Origin: Myxococcota bacterium
Lineage (GTDB): Bacteria > Myxococcota_A > Polyangia > Nannocystales > Nannocystaceae
Assembly (NCBI GenBank): GCA_039028615.1
Contig: JBCCHT010000004.1
Coordinates: forward strand, 224,001-288,000
Length of the DNA: 64,000 nucleotides
Direction: 5' to 3'
Under the pieces are notes generated by a model. That model saw only the letters and a list, made by a program, of their open reading frames with translations, was not told the origin of the DNA and made no database searches. The translations under genes were made by a program, and so were the position numbers. Below, one piece after another: positions 48,884-59,243 of this stretch (position 1 is the first letter of the stretch; each line of letters starts with the position of its first letter).

Positions 48884-51016
48884 ATGCTCGACGCTGGTAG
48901 TGCTCCCCGAAGAATCGGTGGTCTGACGATCTTCGAGGACCACGCCGATCCACTGCTGTTCTACGTGCTGCCCGAGATTCCGCGGGTCGTCGCCAACCCC
49001 AGCCCTGCGCTGTCCCTGTTGCTGTTTCGCGGCGACCAGGCGGGCGCGATGCTGCACTTCGAATCGCAGCTCGCCCCCACGCAAGAGCAGCTCGACCTCG
49101 TCCGAGACGAGCTCACCGAGCAAGGGCAGGCGCCACGATTGCATCGGCCGGATTGGCGCGACGGCACGGTTCGGGTCGCCGGGTGGCTCGATGCGGACGA
49201 ACTCGGTCCCGTCAGCCTGAACGTGGGCACGCCGTCGCTCATCGGCGATCCGTCGTCCATCGTGGCCGCCCGGCTCGATCAGCACGGAGCCGCGCTGGCC
49301 GAGCAAGCGCTTCGGGGCGGCGATGCTCTGCCCACGGTGCTCCTCTTTCAGCTCGAGTTCCTCGGCTTGGGCGGGCCTCTGGGCATCGAGGCCGAGGCCG
49401 ACGTCCAGTCCATCTTCGACCACTTCTCCGTCGAGGGCGCGGCCAAGGCCCCCTTCGGCAAGGCCCGCCTCGCCAAGAGCTGGGAAGAGCTGGTCAACAA
49501 CGGCCTCATCCGTCTCGAGGTCATCGACGAGAGCGGCGAGCTCGAGGGTCGACGCGCCGAGGCCCTCAGTCGGGTGGGTCAGGAGCTGGTGAGCAACATG
49601 TTCACCCCCATGCCGCCCGTGCAGATGCCCCGGGTGCGTGAAGACGGCACGGCGCCTCCCTACGAGCTGAGCTTTCGCCTCGTCGACCGCCGCGAAGAGC
49701 TGACCACCACTGCCCGCTGGAGCTTTCGCGAGCGCGCCGCGCGTCGCATCACGCATCACGCCGCGGCGAGCCTCATCGGCATCCTCGGCGACAGCCCCGT
49801 CGACGATCACATCTCCTATGTCGATCTGGGCACGCCGAGCCGCGAGATCGTGGTGAGGGCCGAGCCCGAGCTGGCCGAGCTGGCGATCGCCACCCTCGAT
49901 GTCGAGCTGCGCCTCGAAGAGCCGGAGGCCCCGCCGAGCGAGGAACCAACCGATGAGCCCGAGGCCACGCCGGAGCCCGAGCCGGCCGAGGAAGAGGCCG
50001 AGTTCGCGGTCATGCTCGACCCCGAGACGCTCGAAGCCACCCTGGCCCTGCAGCGCGATCCGGGACAGCCGCTGTGGTACCGCGTGCGGGCGCGCTTCGA
50101 CCCCGAGCGCACCCGCGCCGACGATCGCCAGACCGAGTGGACCCTCGCCCACGGCGGCCTCGTCGTCGTGTCACCGCGCCGCCTGTTCCCGCAGCGCGAA
50201 CTCACCGTGGTGGCCGGTCATCTCGAGCTCGACTGGCTCGATCACATCGAGGTCGTCGTCCAGCCGCCCGACCCCGAAGAGCCGCCGCGCTCGGTGATGT
50301 TGTCGGGCGAGCAACGCACGGGTCGGGCCTCGTTCCCGGCCGCGGGCGAGCAGCCCCTGACCCTCACCACGCACTATCGCGGCCGCGAAGGCGAGCCCTC
50401 GCGCTCCGACGAGCCCTTCACCGTGCCCGCGAGCGAAGAACTGGCCGTCATCGATGGGCCCTTCGGCCCCTCACTCCGAGTGCTGGTGGCTCGGCTGCCG
50501 CGCCCGGGCCTGTTGTCGGCCGTCACCGAGTTCGAGCTGTCGCACGAAGACTGGACGCAGACGGCCTCGGTGAGCTTCGACGATCCCAGCCCCACCACGG
50601 CCACGCAGACCGTCGTCCTCCGTCGGCTACGCGACACCCCCGACGAGTATCGCCACCGCACCACGCTCATCTTCGACGATGGCCGCACCGAGGTCGGCAC
50701 GTGGGCGAGCAGCGACAAACCGAGCCTGGTCATCGGTGCCGACGGGCCCTCCGCCGTCCATCGCACCCAGGTCCTCGTGCTCGGCGGTGGTCCCAACGCC
50801 CGCGGCAGCTTCCTCATCGAGCTGGTGCTGAGCGCAGGCAATGTCACCACCAGCGCCCTGATCGAAGGCGACGCCACCCAGGCCGAGCTCGTGCTGGTCG
50901 CCCCCGAGGGCTCCGCCGCAGTGCTCACGGTCCGCGAGATCACGAACACCGGCCACACCCACGAGCAACAGTTCTCCCCCCCGCCCGCGATGACCGTTCT
51001 TCCCCCGAAACCGTAG
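48884..51016 (+). CDS. large hypothetical protein, paralogue 1
   Basis: Long ORF with coding-like codon usage; N-terminus aligns by eye with the next gene. Start trimmed to ATG 48884. Confidence 0.8.
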   Translation: MLDAGSAPRRIGGLTIFEDHADPLLFYVLPEIPRVVANPSPALSLLLFRGDQAGAMLHFESQLAPTQEQLDLVRDELTEQGQAPRLHRPDWRDGTVRVAGWLDADELGPVSLNVGTPSLIGDPSSIVAARLDQHGAALAEQALRGGDALPTVLLFQLEFLGLGGPLGIEAEADVQSIFDHFSVEGAAKAPFGKARLAKSWEELVNNGLIRLEVIDESGELEGRRAEALSRVGQELVSNMFTPMPPVQMPRVREDGTAPPYELSFRLVDRREELTTTARWSFRERAARRITHHAAASLIGILGDSPVDDHISYVDLGTPSREIVVRAEPELAELAIATLDVELRLEEPEAPPSEEPTDEPEATPEPEPAEEEAEFAVMLDPETLEATLALQRDPGQPLWYRVRARFDPERTRADDRQTEWTLAHGGLVVVSPRRLFPQRELTVVAGHLELDWLDHIEVVVQPPDPEEPPRSVMLSGEQRTGRASFPAAGEQPLTLTTHYRGREGEPSRSDEPFTVPASEELAVIDGPFGPSLRVLVARLPRPGLLSAVTEFELSHEDWTQTASVSFDDPSPTTATQTVVLRRLRDTPDEYRHRTTLIFDDGRTEVGTWASSDKPSLVIGADGPSAVHRTQVLVLGGGPNARGSFLIELVLSAGNVTTSALIEGDATQAELVLVAPEGSAAVLTVREITNTGHTHEQQFSPPPAMTVLPPKP

Positions 51017-51031
51017 CGAGTCCACCACGCC

Positions 51032-53533
51032 ATGATCTACGACGAGCCCGTCGACTACATCGGTGGTCTGGAGATCTTCCGAGACTTCTCCAACCCCAAC
51101 ACGTTTTACTTCCTGCCGCCCACCGGTCCCCGTGTCGCCCGCGTTGCCGGCGGAGGCGAAGATGGTGACTACGCGCTGCGGCTGGTGCTCTTTCGCCCCG
51201 ATCCCAACGCTACGCCGCCGCAGGGCATGGAAGACGGCGGCGGCTTCCTCAACCTCGACGTCGATCTGAACGTGACCGAGGCCCAGCTCAACAGCATCGA
51301 GGAAGAGCTGCGCAGCAAATTCGGAGACGAGGCCAACCTCGTGCCCGTGCCCTTCACCGAAGGCAGCGTCGAGCTCGTGCTGCTCGGCGTCGGCCGAGGC
51401 GACGAGGGCCAGCCCTTCGTGCGCAAGGTCGCCGGCTCGGCCGTGCCCTCGCTGTACGGCTCGCAGCGCGCGGCCTTCAGCGTGGTCCTCGATCGCCATG
51501 GCGCCGCGCTGATGCGCCAGGTCATCGCCGAGGGCGGCCTGACCATGGCCCTGGCCATCTATCACCTCAAGTACGCGGCCATCGGTCCCGCCTACAACCT
51601 CGAGATCACCATCGACTACTCGAAGTCTCGCGAGCTGATGGACCTGCGGCTCAACGCGGGCGTCGGCGTGGCCAGCGGCAACACCAAGTTCGTGGGCAAG
51701 GCCGGCTTCCACATGCTCATGGAGGAGCTCCAGGAAAACCGCGCCATCGTGGTCCGGGAGCTCGACCCCATTCCGGGTGAAGGCGGGCGCGACGAGACCA
51801 ACCAGGAGCAGATCAACGAGATCATCGGCAATCTCATGGGCTCCACCTGGTTCCGCCCCTCGCTGAGCCAGATGTCGCAGCTGACCCAGGTGCAGCCGTC
51901 GGGCAGCAACACGACGACCACCACCAACGCCACGACGGCGCCGACCACCGCTCCCACCACCGCTCCCACCACGCGACCGAGCCCGAGCCCTTCGCCGAGC
52001 CCGAGTCCCAGCCCCTCGCCCAGCCCCAGCCCGAGTCCCAGCCCCTCGCCGAGCCCCAGCCCGAGTCCCAGTCCCTCGGCCAGCCCGACGCCGAGCACCG
52101 CGCCCGGCACCTCGGCGCCCAACTCGGGCGGCTCCGGGGGCGCGACCGTCGAGGCGAGCTTCGAGATCAACTTCGAGATGATCGAGCGGACCGAGCAGAC
52201 CACGGCGAGCTACAACCTCAGCCGCCGCGAGGCCCGAATCCACGAGATCCATCCGCAGGGGCAGCTGTCCTTCGACGTCGACAATCCCGAGGACTACATC
52301 ATCGAGGCCGACGGGGCGATCGACTTCTTCCAGAACCTGCAGCTGCGGGCCACCACCACCGCGGTCTGGGACCTCGACGGCATCGACTCCATCCAGATCC
52401 AGATCCGCTACGGCACCGATGGCCAGGGCGGCTTCCGACGTCGCGGCGAGATGATGCTGACCCCGACCCAGACCTCCGACACCTGGAAGGTCAACGTCCT
52501 CCACGAGGACGACGACCGCAGCAACCCCGTCGCGTACTGGTACGACTACAAGGTCACCATCCACTACCGACAGGGCGTGGCCCTGGGCAACCAACGCGGG
52601 GCCATGGACAGCGTGGGGGCCGAGGGCGCCGACGCCGAGGGCTGGATCCGCAGCCACTCGCGCAACCTGGTCATCCACCCGCGCGACGTCACCCCCGGCC
52701 TGACCGTCAACGTGATGACCGGCATCGTGAAGTACGAGCTGCTGGCCCATGCCAACCTCGTGCTCAGCTACGGGCCCTACCGGCAGAACCTCAAGCTCTC
52801 TGCCGAGCAACCCGAGCACCGCCTGGTCATCCGTCCCGAGCGCGACCTCGCCGACGAGCCCATCCGCACCGAGGGCATGCTCTTTTACAAGGACGGGGCC
52901 CAGGTCCCGCTGCCCGCGGGCGAGTGGTCGCCGCAAGAGCTGGTAGTCGTCAACGAGGCCCGCGAGAACATGCTGCGGGTGCGGGTGATCATGGCCGACC
53001 CGGGCGACGAGTACAGCAAGATCGCCGTCCGCCTGCGCTACCAGCACGGCAACCGCAACGTCGAACAGACCTACGAGCTGACCGACCACGCGCAGCTCGA
53101 GGAGTGGACGGTGCGGCTCGAAGACCCCGAGGCCCGCGCGTGGCAGTACCAGGCCACCATGGTGAAATCCGCGGGCGCCATCGAGACCACCGACTGGATC
53201 GACGGCGAGGACGACCAGCTCATCTTGGGCATCGAGGTGGTCGACGTCATCCCCGTGCAGATCAACTGGCTCGTGCCGCTGCCCATGGGCGACCTGATGG
53301 CGGTGAAGATCGACCTGGCCTACGACGACGACCGCGAGGACGTGCACTGGGCTCACTCCGAGGTCATCAACCAGGGGCACGCGGGTGCGTTCCGCTGGCC
53401 CATCGCGATCAAGAACCGCGAGAACCGAAGCTATCGCTATCGGGTCACCGAGTTCCGCACCACGGGCACGGTGACCGAAGGCGAGTGGCGCACCACCGAC
53501 ACCCGCGCGCTCGTGCTGATGCCGGGCATGTAG
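51032..53533 (+). CDS. large hypothetical protein, paralogue 2, with (PS)17 insert
   Basis: Starts 15 bp after paralogue 1; repeated beta-rich C-terminal units. Confidence 0.85.
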   Translation: MIYDEPVDYIGGLEIFRDFSNPNTFYFLPPTGPRVARVAGGGEDGDYALRLVLFRPDPNATPPQGMEDGGGFLNLDVDLNVTEAQLNSIEEELRSKFGDEANLVPVPFTEGSVELVLLGVGRGDEGQPFVRKVAGSAVPSLYGSQRAAFSVVLDRHGAALMRQVIAEGGLTMALAIYHLKYAAIGPAYNLEITIDYSKSRELMDLRLNAGVGVASGNTKFVGKAGFHMLMEELQENRAIVVRELDPIPGEGGRDETNQEQINEIIGNLMGSTWFRPSLSQMSQLTQVQPSGSNTTTTTNATTAPTTAPTTAPTTRPSPSPSPSPSPSPSPSPSPSPSPSPSPSPSPSPSASPTPSTAPGTSAPNSGGSGGATVEASFEINFEMIERTEQTTASYNLSRREARIHEIHPQGQLSFDVDNPEDYIIEADGAIDFFQNLQLRATTTAVWDLDGIDSIQIQIRYGTDGQGGFRRRGEMMLTPTQTSDTWKVNVLHEDDDRSNPVAYWYDYKVTIHYRQGVALGNQRGAMDSVGAEGADAEGWIRSHSRNLVIHPRDVTPGLTVNVMTGIVKYELLAHANLVLSYGPYRQNLKLSAEQPEHRLVIRPERDLADEPIRTEGMLFYKDGAQVPLPAGEWSPQELVVVNEARENMLRVRVIMADPGDEYSKIAVRLRYQHGNRNVEQTYELTDHAQLEEWTVRLEDPEARAWQYQATMVKSAGAIETTDWIDGEDDQLILGIEVVDVIPVQINWLVPLPMGDLMAVKIDLAYDDDREDVHWAHSEVINQGHAGAFRWPIAIKNRENRSYRYRVTEFRTTGTVTEGEWRTTDTRALVLMPGM
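51977..52078 (+). repeat. (Pro-Ser)17 coding repeat preceded by TTAP repeats
   Basis: Read directly from the sequence. Confidence 0.95.
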
Positions 53534-53576
53534 CTCCCACCTGCGAGTGCTCCCCGCGCGTGGGACCCCAGCGGGC

Positions 53577-54197
53577 TCACGCGTAGGGGACGACGGCGAC
53601 CGCCGCGTCGGCCAGCTGCTCCAGCTGCGACCGCTCGGCACCCGCCCGGGCGCGCACCGACAGGCTGTGGGTCACGCCCGCCAAGACCGAGGCGAGCGCT
53701 TCGACGTCGGCGTCGGGATCGAGCTCGCCGTGCTCTCGGCCGCGCTGCAGCACCTGCGCGAAGCGGGCGTCGATCCCATCGAGCAGCCGACCGAGCTCTT
53801 CCCGAATCCGCTCGCTGCCCGACGCCTCGGTGGCCGCGGTGCTCATGATGAGACACCCCCGCGCGATGTCCTCGTGATCGACATAGAGCTCGATCAGCAC
53901 CTCGAAGATGCCGCGGAGGCTCTCGTCGAGCGAGGCCGCCTCTTCGAGGACGGGCGAGATCGAGGCATCGATGCGACCGAAGAAGTTGCGCAGCCCGGCC
54001 AGGTACATCTGTTCTTTGTCGCCGAAGGTGGCGTAGAGGCTGGGACGAGCGACCCCCGTGGCCGCCGATAGGGCGTCGAGGGACGTCCCCGACAATCCGC
54101 GCTGCCAGAACAGATCGGTGATGGCATCGAGGACCTCCGACTCGTCGAACTTGCGGGGTCGACCCCGGGATCGGGTGCTCTTGCTGCGCTTCGCCAT
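53577..54197 (-). CDS. TetR/AcrR family regulator
   Basis: RGRPRKFD...FWQRG...TSLDAL...RPSLYATFGDK; GCL. Confidence 0.93.
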   Translation of the reverse strand: MAKRSKSTRSRGRPRKFDESEVLDAITDLFWQRGLSGTSLDALSAATGVARPSLYATFGDKEQMYLAGLRNFFGRIDASISPVLEEAASLDESLRGIFEVLIELYVDHEDIARGCLIMSTAATEASGSERIREELGRLLDGIDARFAQVLQRGREHGELDPDADVEALASVLAGVTHSLSVRARAGAERSQLEQLADAAVAVVPYA

Positions 54198-54220
54198 GCC
54201 GCGTGCGGGACTCTCGAGAC

Positions 54221-54244
54221 ATTATATGCCAATCGGTACAAAAT
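54221..54244 (-). promoter_or_regulatory. TetR promoter/operator
   Basis: Minus strand ATTTTGTACCGATTGGCATATAAT: imperfect palindrome that includes a perfect TATAAT. Confidence 0.6.
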
Positions 54245-54567
54245 CTAACGCGTCGGGCCGCTCGAGCGCGTGGCCGCGATGCATCGCGGCTGCATCCTCG
54301 GTGCCTGTTCGTCAAGCGCAGCGATGCGGAGCCGTCGCGAGCTCGGCGAACGATCGTCGGTGCAAACCCGCGTCGATCGCCGGGACTCTCGCTCCGTCTG
54401 CCGCGGAAGTCGCGCTGAGCCGGTCCGCGGCGGGAGCCCGTTCGTCCGCCGTGCTCGCTCAAATCGCCGCCCCCCTGCCGCTACCCACCGCCCTGCCCTC
54501 GCCCGCGACCGGGCCTGCTCGTACCGCGGTGGTGGCCCCGGTTCGCCCCTGCTAGCCTCGCGACGAA

Positions 54568-55698
54568 ATGGCGGGCAATGCCTTTGGCGAGCGCTTTCGG
54601 GTGACGACCTTCGGTGAGTCCCACGGCGGAGTCGTGGGCGTGGTGGTGGACGGCTGCCCCGCCGGGCACCCCTTCCCGCTCGAGCGCATCGGGGCCCAGC
54701 TGGCGCGACGGCGCCCCGGGCAGGGAAAACTCAGCTCGGCGCGCAAAGAGCCGGACGAGATCGAGGTGGGCAGCGGGGTCGACCCCGACTCGGGCCGCAC
54801 GCTTGGCACGCCGATCTCCATGTGGGTTCGCAATCGCGACGCCAAGTCCCACCACTACGGCGAGCTCCGCGACCTGTATCGCCCCTCGCATGCCGACTAC
54901 ACCTACGACGCCCGCTACGGCCTGCGCTTCGTGGCCGGCGGCGGGCGAGCGTCGGCACGCGAGACGGTCGGGCGCGTGGCCGCGGGGGCCCTCGCCGAGG
55001 ATCTGCTCGAAGCGGCGCTCGGCATCTCCATCGTGGCCTGGGTCGACCAGGTGACGGACGTCTCGTGCCCGACCATCGATCCGGCCACGGTCACGCGTGA
55101 GCAGGTCGATGCGGCGGAAGTGCGCTGCCCCGATCCCGAGGCCGCCGCCCGCATGACCGAGGTCATCGACGCCGCCCGCTCCGACCGCGACACCGTGGGC
55201 GGCGTGCTGCGCTGTGTCGCCCGGGGCGTCCCGCCCGGACTCGGCGAGCCGGTCTTCGACAAGCTCAGCGCGGCCCTGGCCGGGGCGATGATGAGCCTGC
55301 CCGCGACCCGTGGGTTCGAGCTGGGCGAAGGCTTCGCCGCCACGCGCATGCGAGGCTCGGAGCACAACGACGCGTTCGTGCCCGACCCCGAGCGCGCGGC
55401 GAGTACCGACGGCATCCGCACCCGCACCAACCGCAGCGGCGGCATCCAGGGCGGGCTGAGCAACGGCGAGCTGATTCGTTTCGCCGTCGCGTTCAAGCCG
55501 GTCGCCACGATCTTCAAGCCGCAGGACACCGTCGATCGCGAGGGCAAGGCCGCGACCTACACCGCCCGCGGCCGCCACGACCCCTGCGTGCTGCCCCGCG
55601 CGGTGCCGATGGTCGAAGCGATGACCGCGCTGGTGCTCTGCGATCACCTCATGCGTCGCCTCGGCGCACGGGTCGAGGATCTGAAGCAATGTCGCTGA
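54568..55698 (+). CDS. aroC: chorismate synthase
   Basis: TTFGESHG, RPSHAD, GGRASARET, GLGEPVFDKL, GGIQGGLSNG, GRHDPCV. Confidence 0.97.
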   Translation: MAGNAFGERFRVTTFGESHGGVVGVVVDGCPAGHPFPLERIGAQLARRRPGQGKLSSARKEPDEIEVGSGVDPDSGRTLGTPISMWVRNRDAKSHHYGELRDLYRPSHADYTYDARYGLRFVAGGGRASARETVGRVAAGALAEDLLEAALGISIVAWVDQVTDVSCPTIDPATVTREQVDAAEVRCPDPEAAARMTEVIDAARSDRDTVGGVLRCVARGVPPGLGEPVFDKLSAALAGAMMSLPATRGFELGEGFAATRMRGSEHNDAFVPDPERAASTDGIRTRTNRSGGIQGGLSNGELIRFAVAFKPVATIFKPQDTVDREGKAATYTARGRHDPCVLPRAVPMVEAMTALVLCDHLMRRLGARVEDLKQCR

Positions 55699-56279
55699 AG
55701 GTCGTCTCCAGCTCGCCGGGCCCCGAAGGCGGCGGCGGAGGCCCACGCATCCTCGCCCCGGGGGCTCCGCCCTCGTCGGGCCCGATCCCCAACGAGCTGG
55801 CCCGGCACCTGGTGCACGGCGAGGCGCTCGTATGGTGGGGCGACAAGGACTCCATCCGCTTCGGACCGGTCCTGATGATCCTCGGCGTGGCCCTGGCCGT
55901 GCTGGCCGTCGTCACCCTGCTCGCCCCCGAGTTCTGGCAGCAACCGCCCAAGGAGCTGGCCAAGCCCATCGGCGTGCTGCTCTCCCCCGCGGCGTTCGTG
56001 CTCGTTCGCGAGCGCATCAACCGACGTGCCGTGCTGGTCACCGACGCCAGCATCACCAGCATCGACATGCGAGGCCGCGTGCAGCGACTGCCGCTGGGGG
56101 GCATCGCCAAGGTCCGCCGCGATCCGCTGCGCGGCGGGATGGTGCTCGAGGGTCGCCAGGGCCAGGTCCGCCTGCCCCCTTCGCTGCTCGACGACACCCG
56201 CCAGGCCATCGCCAGTCAGCGTCGTCACAGCGTGCGAGGCTCGGCCTCGGTCGACGACCCCCAGGGGTGGCTGCCATGA
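55689..56279 (+). CDS. hypothetical membrane protein
   Basis: Two hydrophobic segments; overlaps both aroC and proB. Confidence 0.7.
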   Translation: MSLKVVSSSPGPEGGGGGPRILAPGAPPSSGPIPNELARHLVHGEALVWWGDKDSIRFGPVLMILGVALAVLAVVTLLAPEFWQQPPKELAKPIGVLLSPAAFVLVRERINRRAVLVTDASITSIDMRGRVQRLPLGGIAKVRRDPLRGGMVLEGRQGQVRLPPSLLDDTRQAIASQRRHSVRGSASVDDPQGWLP

Positions 56280-57448
56280 ACCAGCCCCAACGCCGCGACC
56301 TCGCCGATGCGCGGCGTATCGTGGTGAAGCTGGGGACGGCCGTGGTCACTCACGACGGTTTCGAACTCGCGCTCGGCCGCCTGCATAGCGTGGTCGAGGA
56401 GCTCGGCCGGCTGCACCGCGACGGCCGCGAGCTGATGCTGGTCTCGAGCGGCGCGGTGGGCATGGGCACCCGCGCGCTGGGTCTGTCCGAGCGCCCTACT
56501 TCGCTGGGCCTGCGCCAGGCCTGCGCCGCGGTGGGGCAAGGGCACCTCATGACGCTGTACACCCAGGCCTTGGCGCAGCTGGGCCTGGTGGCGGGGCAGG
56601 TGCTGCTGACCCAGAGCGACTTTGCCGATCGCGATCGCGCGCTGTGCCTGCGCACCACCCTGCTGCGACTGCTCGAGCTGCGCACGCTGCCCATCCTCAA
56701 CGAAAACGACAGCGTCAGCGTCCGCGAGCTGGTCGAGCATCGCCAAGCCGAGCAGGAGGCCACCGCCGCCCCTGCCTTTGGCGACAACGACGGACTCTCC
56801 GCCCGGCTGGCGGTCGCGCTCGATGCCGACCTCCTGGTCCTGATGACCAACGTCGACGGGCTGTTCACCGCCAACCCGGCGCTCGATCGCGACGCGAAGC
56901 GGATCCCGGAGCGAGTGGGCGTGGATGCCGAGCTCGATGCACTGGCCAGCGGCCGCTCTACCGGGGGCACGGGCGGCATGGCGTCCAAGCTCGAGGCGGC
57001 TCGACTCGCGACCGAGTCCGGCTGCTCGGTGCTCATCATCGACGGCACGAACCCGGGGGCGCTTTCGCGGGCGCTCTCGGGAGAAGACCTCGGCACCGTG
57101 CTGTGGCCTCGCAGTCCACACCGCGCCCGTCGCCAGCACATCGCCATGGGGCGCGAGCGACAGGGGGCGTTGGTGGTCAACGACGGCGCGATCGCGGCCC
57201 TGCGCGGGCGCAAGGCCTCGCTGCTGCCCATCGGCGTGATTCGCGTGGAAGGCGAATTCTCCCGGGGTGACGTGGTGGAAGTGCGCGACGCCAGCGGGCG
57301 CGTCCACGGGCGCGGGATCGTCAACTATCACGCCGATGCCTGCCGGGCGCTCGTCGGGCGTCACAGCTCGGAGATCGACCGCATCCTGGGCTGGCGGGGC
57401 TACGATGCAGTGGTCACCCGCGACAACCTCGTGCTCTCGGAGGTCTGA
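56276..57448 (+). CDS. proB: glutamate 5-kinase with PUA domain
   Basis: IVVKLGT, VSSGAV, AAVGQ, NENDSV, FGDND, TGGMASK, SLLPIG. Confidence 0.96.
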   Translation: MNQPQRRDLADARRIVVKLGTAVVTHDGFELALGRLHSVVEELGRLHRDGRELMLVSSGAVGMGTRALGLSERPTSLGLRQACAAVGQGHLMTLYTQALAQLGLVAGQVLLTQSDFADRDRALCLRTTLLRLLELRTLPILNENDSVSVRELVEHRQAEQEATAAPAFGDNDGLSARLAVALDADLLVLMTNVDGLFTANPALDRDAKRIPERVGVDAELDALASGRSTGGTGGMASKLEAARLATESGCSVLIIDGTNPGALSRALSGEDLGTVLWPRSPHRARRQHIAMGRERQGALVVNDGAIAALRGRKASLLPIGVIRVEGEFSRGDVVEVRDASGRVHGRGIVNYHADACRALVGRHSSEIDRILGWRGYDAVVTRDNLVLSEV

Positions 57449-57474
57449 GCACGCGCGACCAAGGAGCTTCGCCG

Positions 57475-58794
57475 ATGACAACCTCTCCCGATCACGTCCG
57501 ACAGCTCGCTCGTAAGGCCCGCCAGGCGGGGTCGCACCTCGCCCGCGCCAGCGGCCCCGACCGCCGCTCCATCCTGCTCGCCATGGCCGACGAGCTGGCC
57601 CGCTCCGATGCCCGCGCCGGGATCCTGGCCGCCAACGCCGAGGACCTCGAGGACGCCAACGCCATGCGCGAGCGCGGCGAGCTGGCCCAGGCCCTGGTCG
57701 ACCGACTCGTGCTCACGGACAAGAAGCTCGACGGGCTCTGCGACGGCCTCGGTCAGCTCGCGGACCAAGTCGACTTGATCGGCCGCACCGACCTCGAGCG
57801 CGAGCTCGACGATGGCCTCGTGCTACGCCGCGTCAGCTGCCCGCTCGGCGTGCTGGGCGTGGTGTTCGAGGCCCGCCCCGACGCGGTGCCGCAGATCGCC
57901 GGGCTCGCCCTGCGCACGGGCAACGCGGTGATCCTCAAGGGCGGTCGGGAAGCGCGTCGCAGCAACGCCGCCCTCGTTCGCCACCTGCAGGGCATCCTGC
58001 ACGCCCAGGGCTTCGACCCCCACGCCGTCGCCCTACTCGAGGGCCGCTCCGAGGTCGATGCGCTGCTGGGCCTCGAGCGCGACGTCGACCTGATCATCGC
58101 GCGGGGCTCGACGTCCTTCGTTCGCTACGTGCAGAACAACACCTCGATCCCCGTGCTCGGTCACGCCGAGGGTCTGTGCCACCTGTACCTGCACCACTCC
58201 GCGTCCCCGCCGATGGCGGCCCGGATCGCGGTGGACGCCAAGACGGGCTACCCCGCGGCCTGCAACGCCATCGAGACCATGCTGTGGGAGCCCGGGGCCG
58301 AGCCGGCCCTGTTCGCCGCGGTGGAGGCGTTACAGCGGCAGCAGGTCGAGCTGCGAGGCTGCGAGCACACCCGCGGCAAGTACCCCGAGATGGTCGCCGC
58401 CACGGACGAGGACTGGTCCACCGAGTACGGCGACCGCGTGCTGTCCATTCGCCGCGTCGACCACCTCGACGCGGCCATCGACCACATCGAGCGCTACGGG
58501 TCGCGCCACACCGAGACGATCATCAGCGAGGACGACATGGCCGCGGCCACCTTCCTCGCCGCGGTCGACTCGGCCGGGGTGTTCCACAACGCCAGCTCGC
58601 GCTTCGCCGACGGCTATCGCTACGGGCTCGGGGCCGAGGTCGGCATCAGCACGGGCAAGCTGCACGCGCGCGGCCCGGTGGGCGTGGAAGGCCTGGTCAC
58701 CTATCGCTGGCTGCTCCGCGGTCAGGGCCAGGTCGCAGGCGACTACGGGCCGGGCAAGCGGGCCTTCAAGCACCGCACGCGCTCGAGCTCCTGA
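57475..58794 (+). CDS. proA: gamma-glutamyl phosphate reductase
   Basis: PLGVLGVVFEARP, LKGGRE, ACNAIET, NASSRFADG, GAEVGISTGKLHARGP. Confidence 0.97.
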   Translation: MTTSPDHVRQLARKARQAGSHLARASGPDRRSILLAMADELARSDARAGILAANAEDLEDANAMRERGELAQALVDRLVLTDKKLDGLCDGLGQLADQVDLIGRTDLERELDDGLVLRRVSCPLGVLGVVFEARPDAVPQIAGLALRTGNAVILKGGREARRSNAALVRHLQGILHAQGFDPHAVALLEGRSEVDALLGLERDVDLIIARGSTSFVRYVQNNTSIPVLGHAEGLCHLYLHHSASPPMAARIAVDAKTGYPAACNAIETMLWEPGAEPALFAAVEALQRQQVELRGCEHTRGKYPEMVAATDEDWSTEYGDRVLSIRRVDHLDAAIDHIERYGSRHTETIISEDDMAAATFLAAVDSAGVFHNASSRFADGYRYGLGAEVGISTGKLHARGPVGVEGLVTYRWLLRGQGQVAGDYGPGKRAFKHRTRSSS

Positions 58795-58874
58795 TGCGAC
58801 GAGACCGACGGGGCATCCTGCCGCCGTCGGTCTCGGTACGCCCGATGCCGTGCATCGGACAAGTCTACGCTTCG

Positions 58875-59243
58875 CTAAGGTCCGACGACTTCCGAGATCC
58901 TCAGGTGTGAACCAGAGCGATTCGGATTGCTGCGGTCGGAGTAGGCCTGCAGCTGTCGTTGCGCCGCGTTGAACGAGTCGCGCAGCGCGACCCCGAGGTC
59001 GCTGTGCTCGGGTTTCGGCTTCTCGTGACTCACGACGATCTCGTCGCCGGGCACGCTGAGCTCGATGCGTACGTGGTAGGGATTGCCCTTTTGGTGGTGA
59101 TTATGATTGGCCTCGACCACTACTCGGCAGCCGGTAATCCGATCGTAGAGGCGATCGAGCTTGGCAGCCTTCGATCGAATGCGTTCTTCGATCGCTTCCG
59201 TTCGCACGACGTTGCGAAACGTGATCTCCAATGGGAGCTTCAT
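58875..59243 (-). CDS. HPF/RaiA family ribosome-associated protein
   Basis: AAGGA RBS; LEITFRN...KAAKL...ITGCRVVV...YHVRIELSVPG...ALRDSFNAAQRQL. Confidence 0.85.
   Translation of the reverse strand: MKLPLEITFRNVVRTEAIEERIRSKAAKLDRLYDRITGCRVVVEANHNHHQKGNPYHVRIELSVPGDEIVVSHEKPKPEHSDLGVALRDSFNAAQRQLQAYSDRSNPNRSGSHLRISEVVGP

Noticed and set aside
50627..53641. 1004-aa minus-strand ORF, and similar long antisense ORFs (378-2324, 5150-6841, 41923-43653)
   Set aside because: Shadows of well-supported genes on the other strand; no recognisable motifs.
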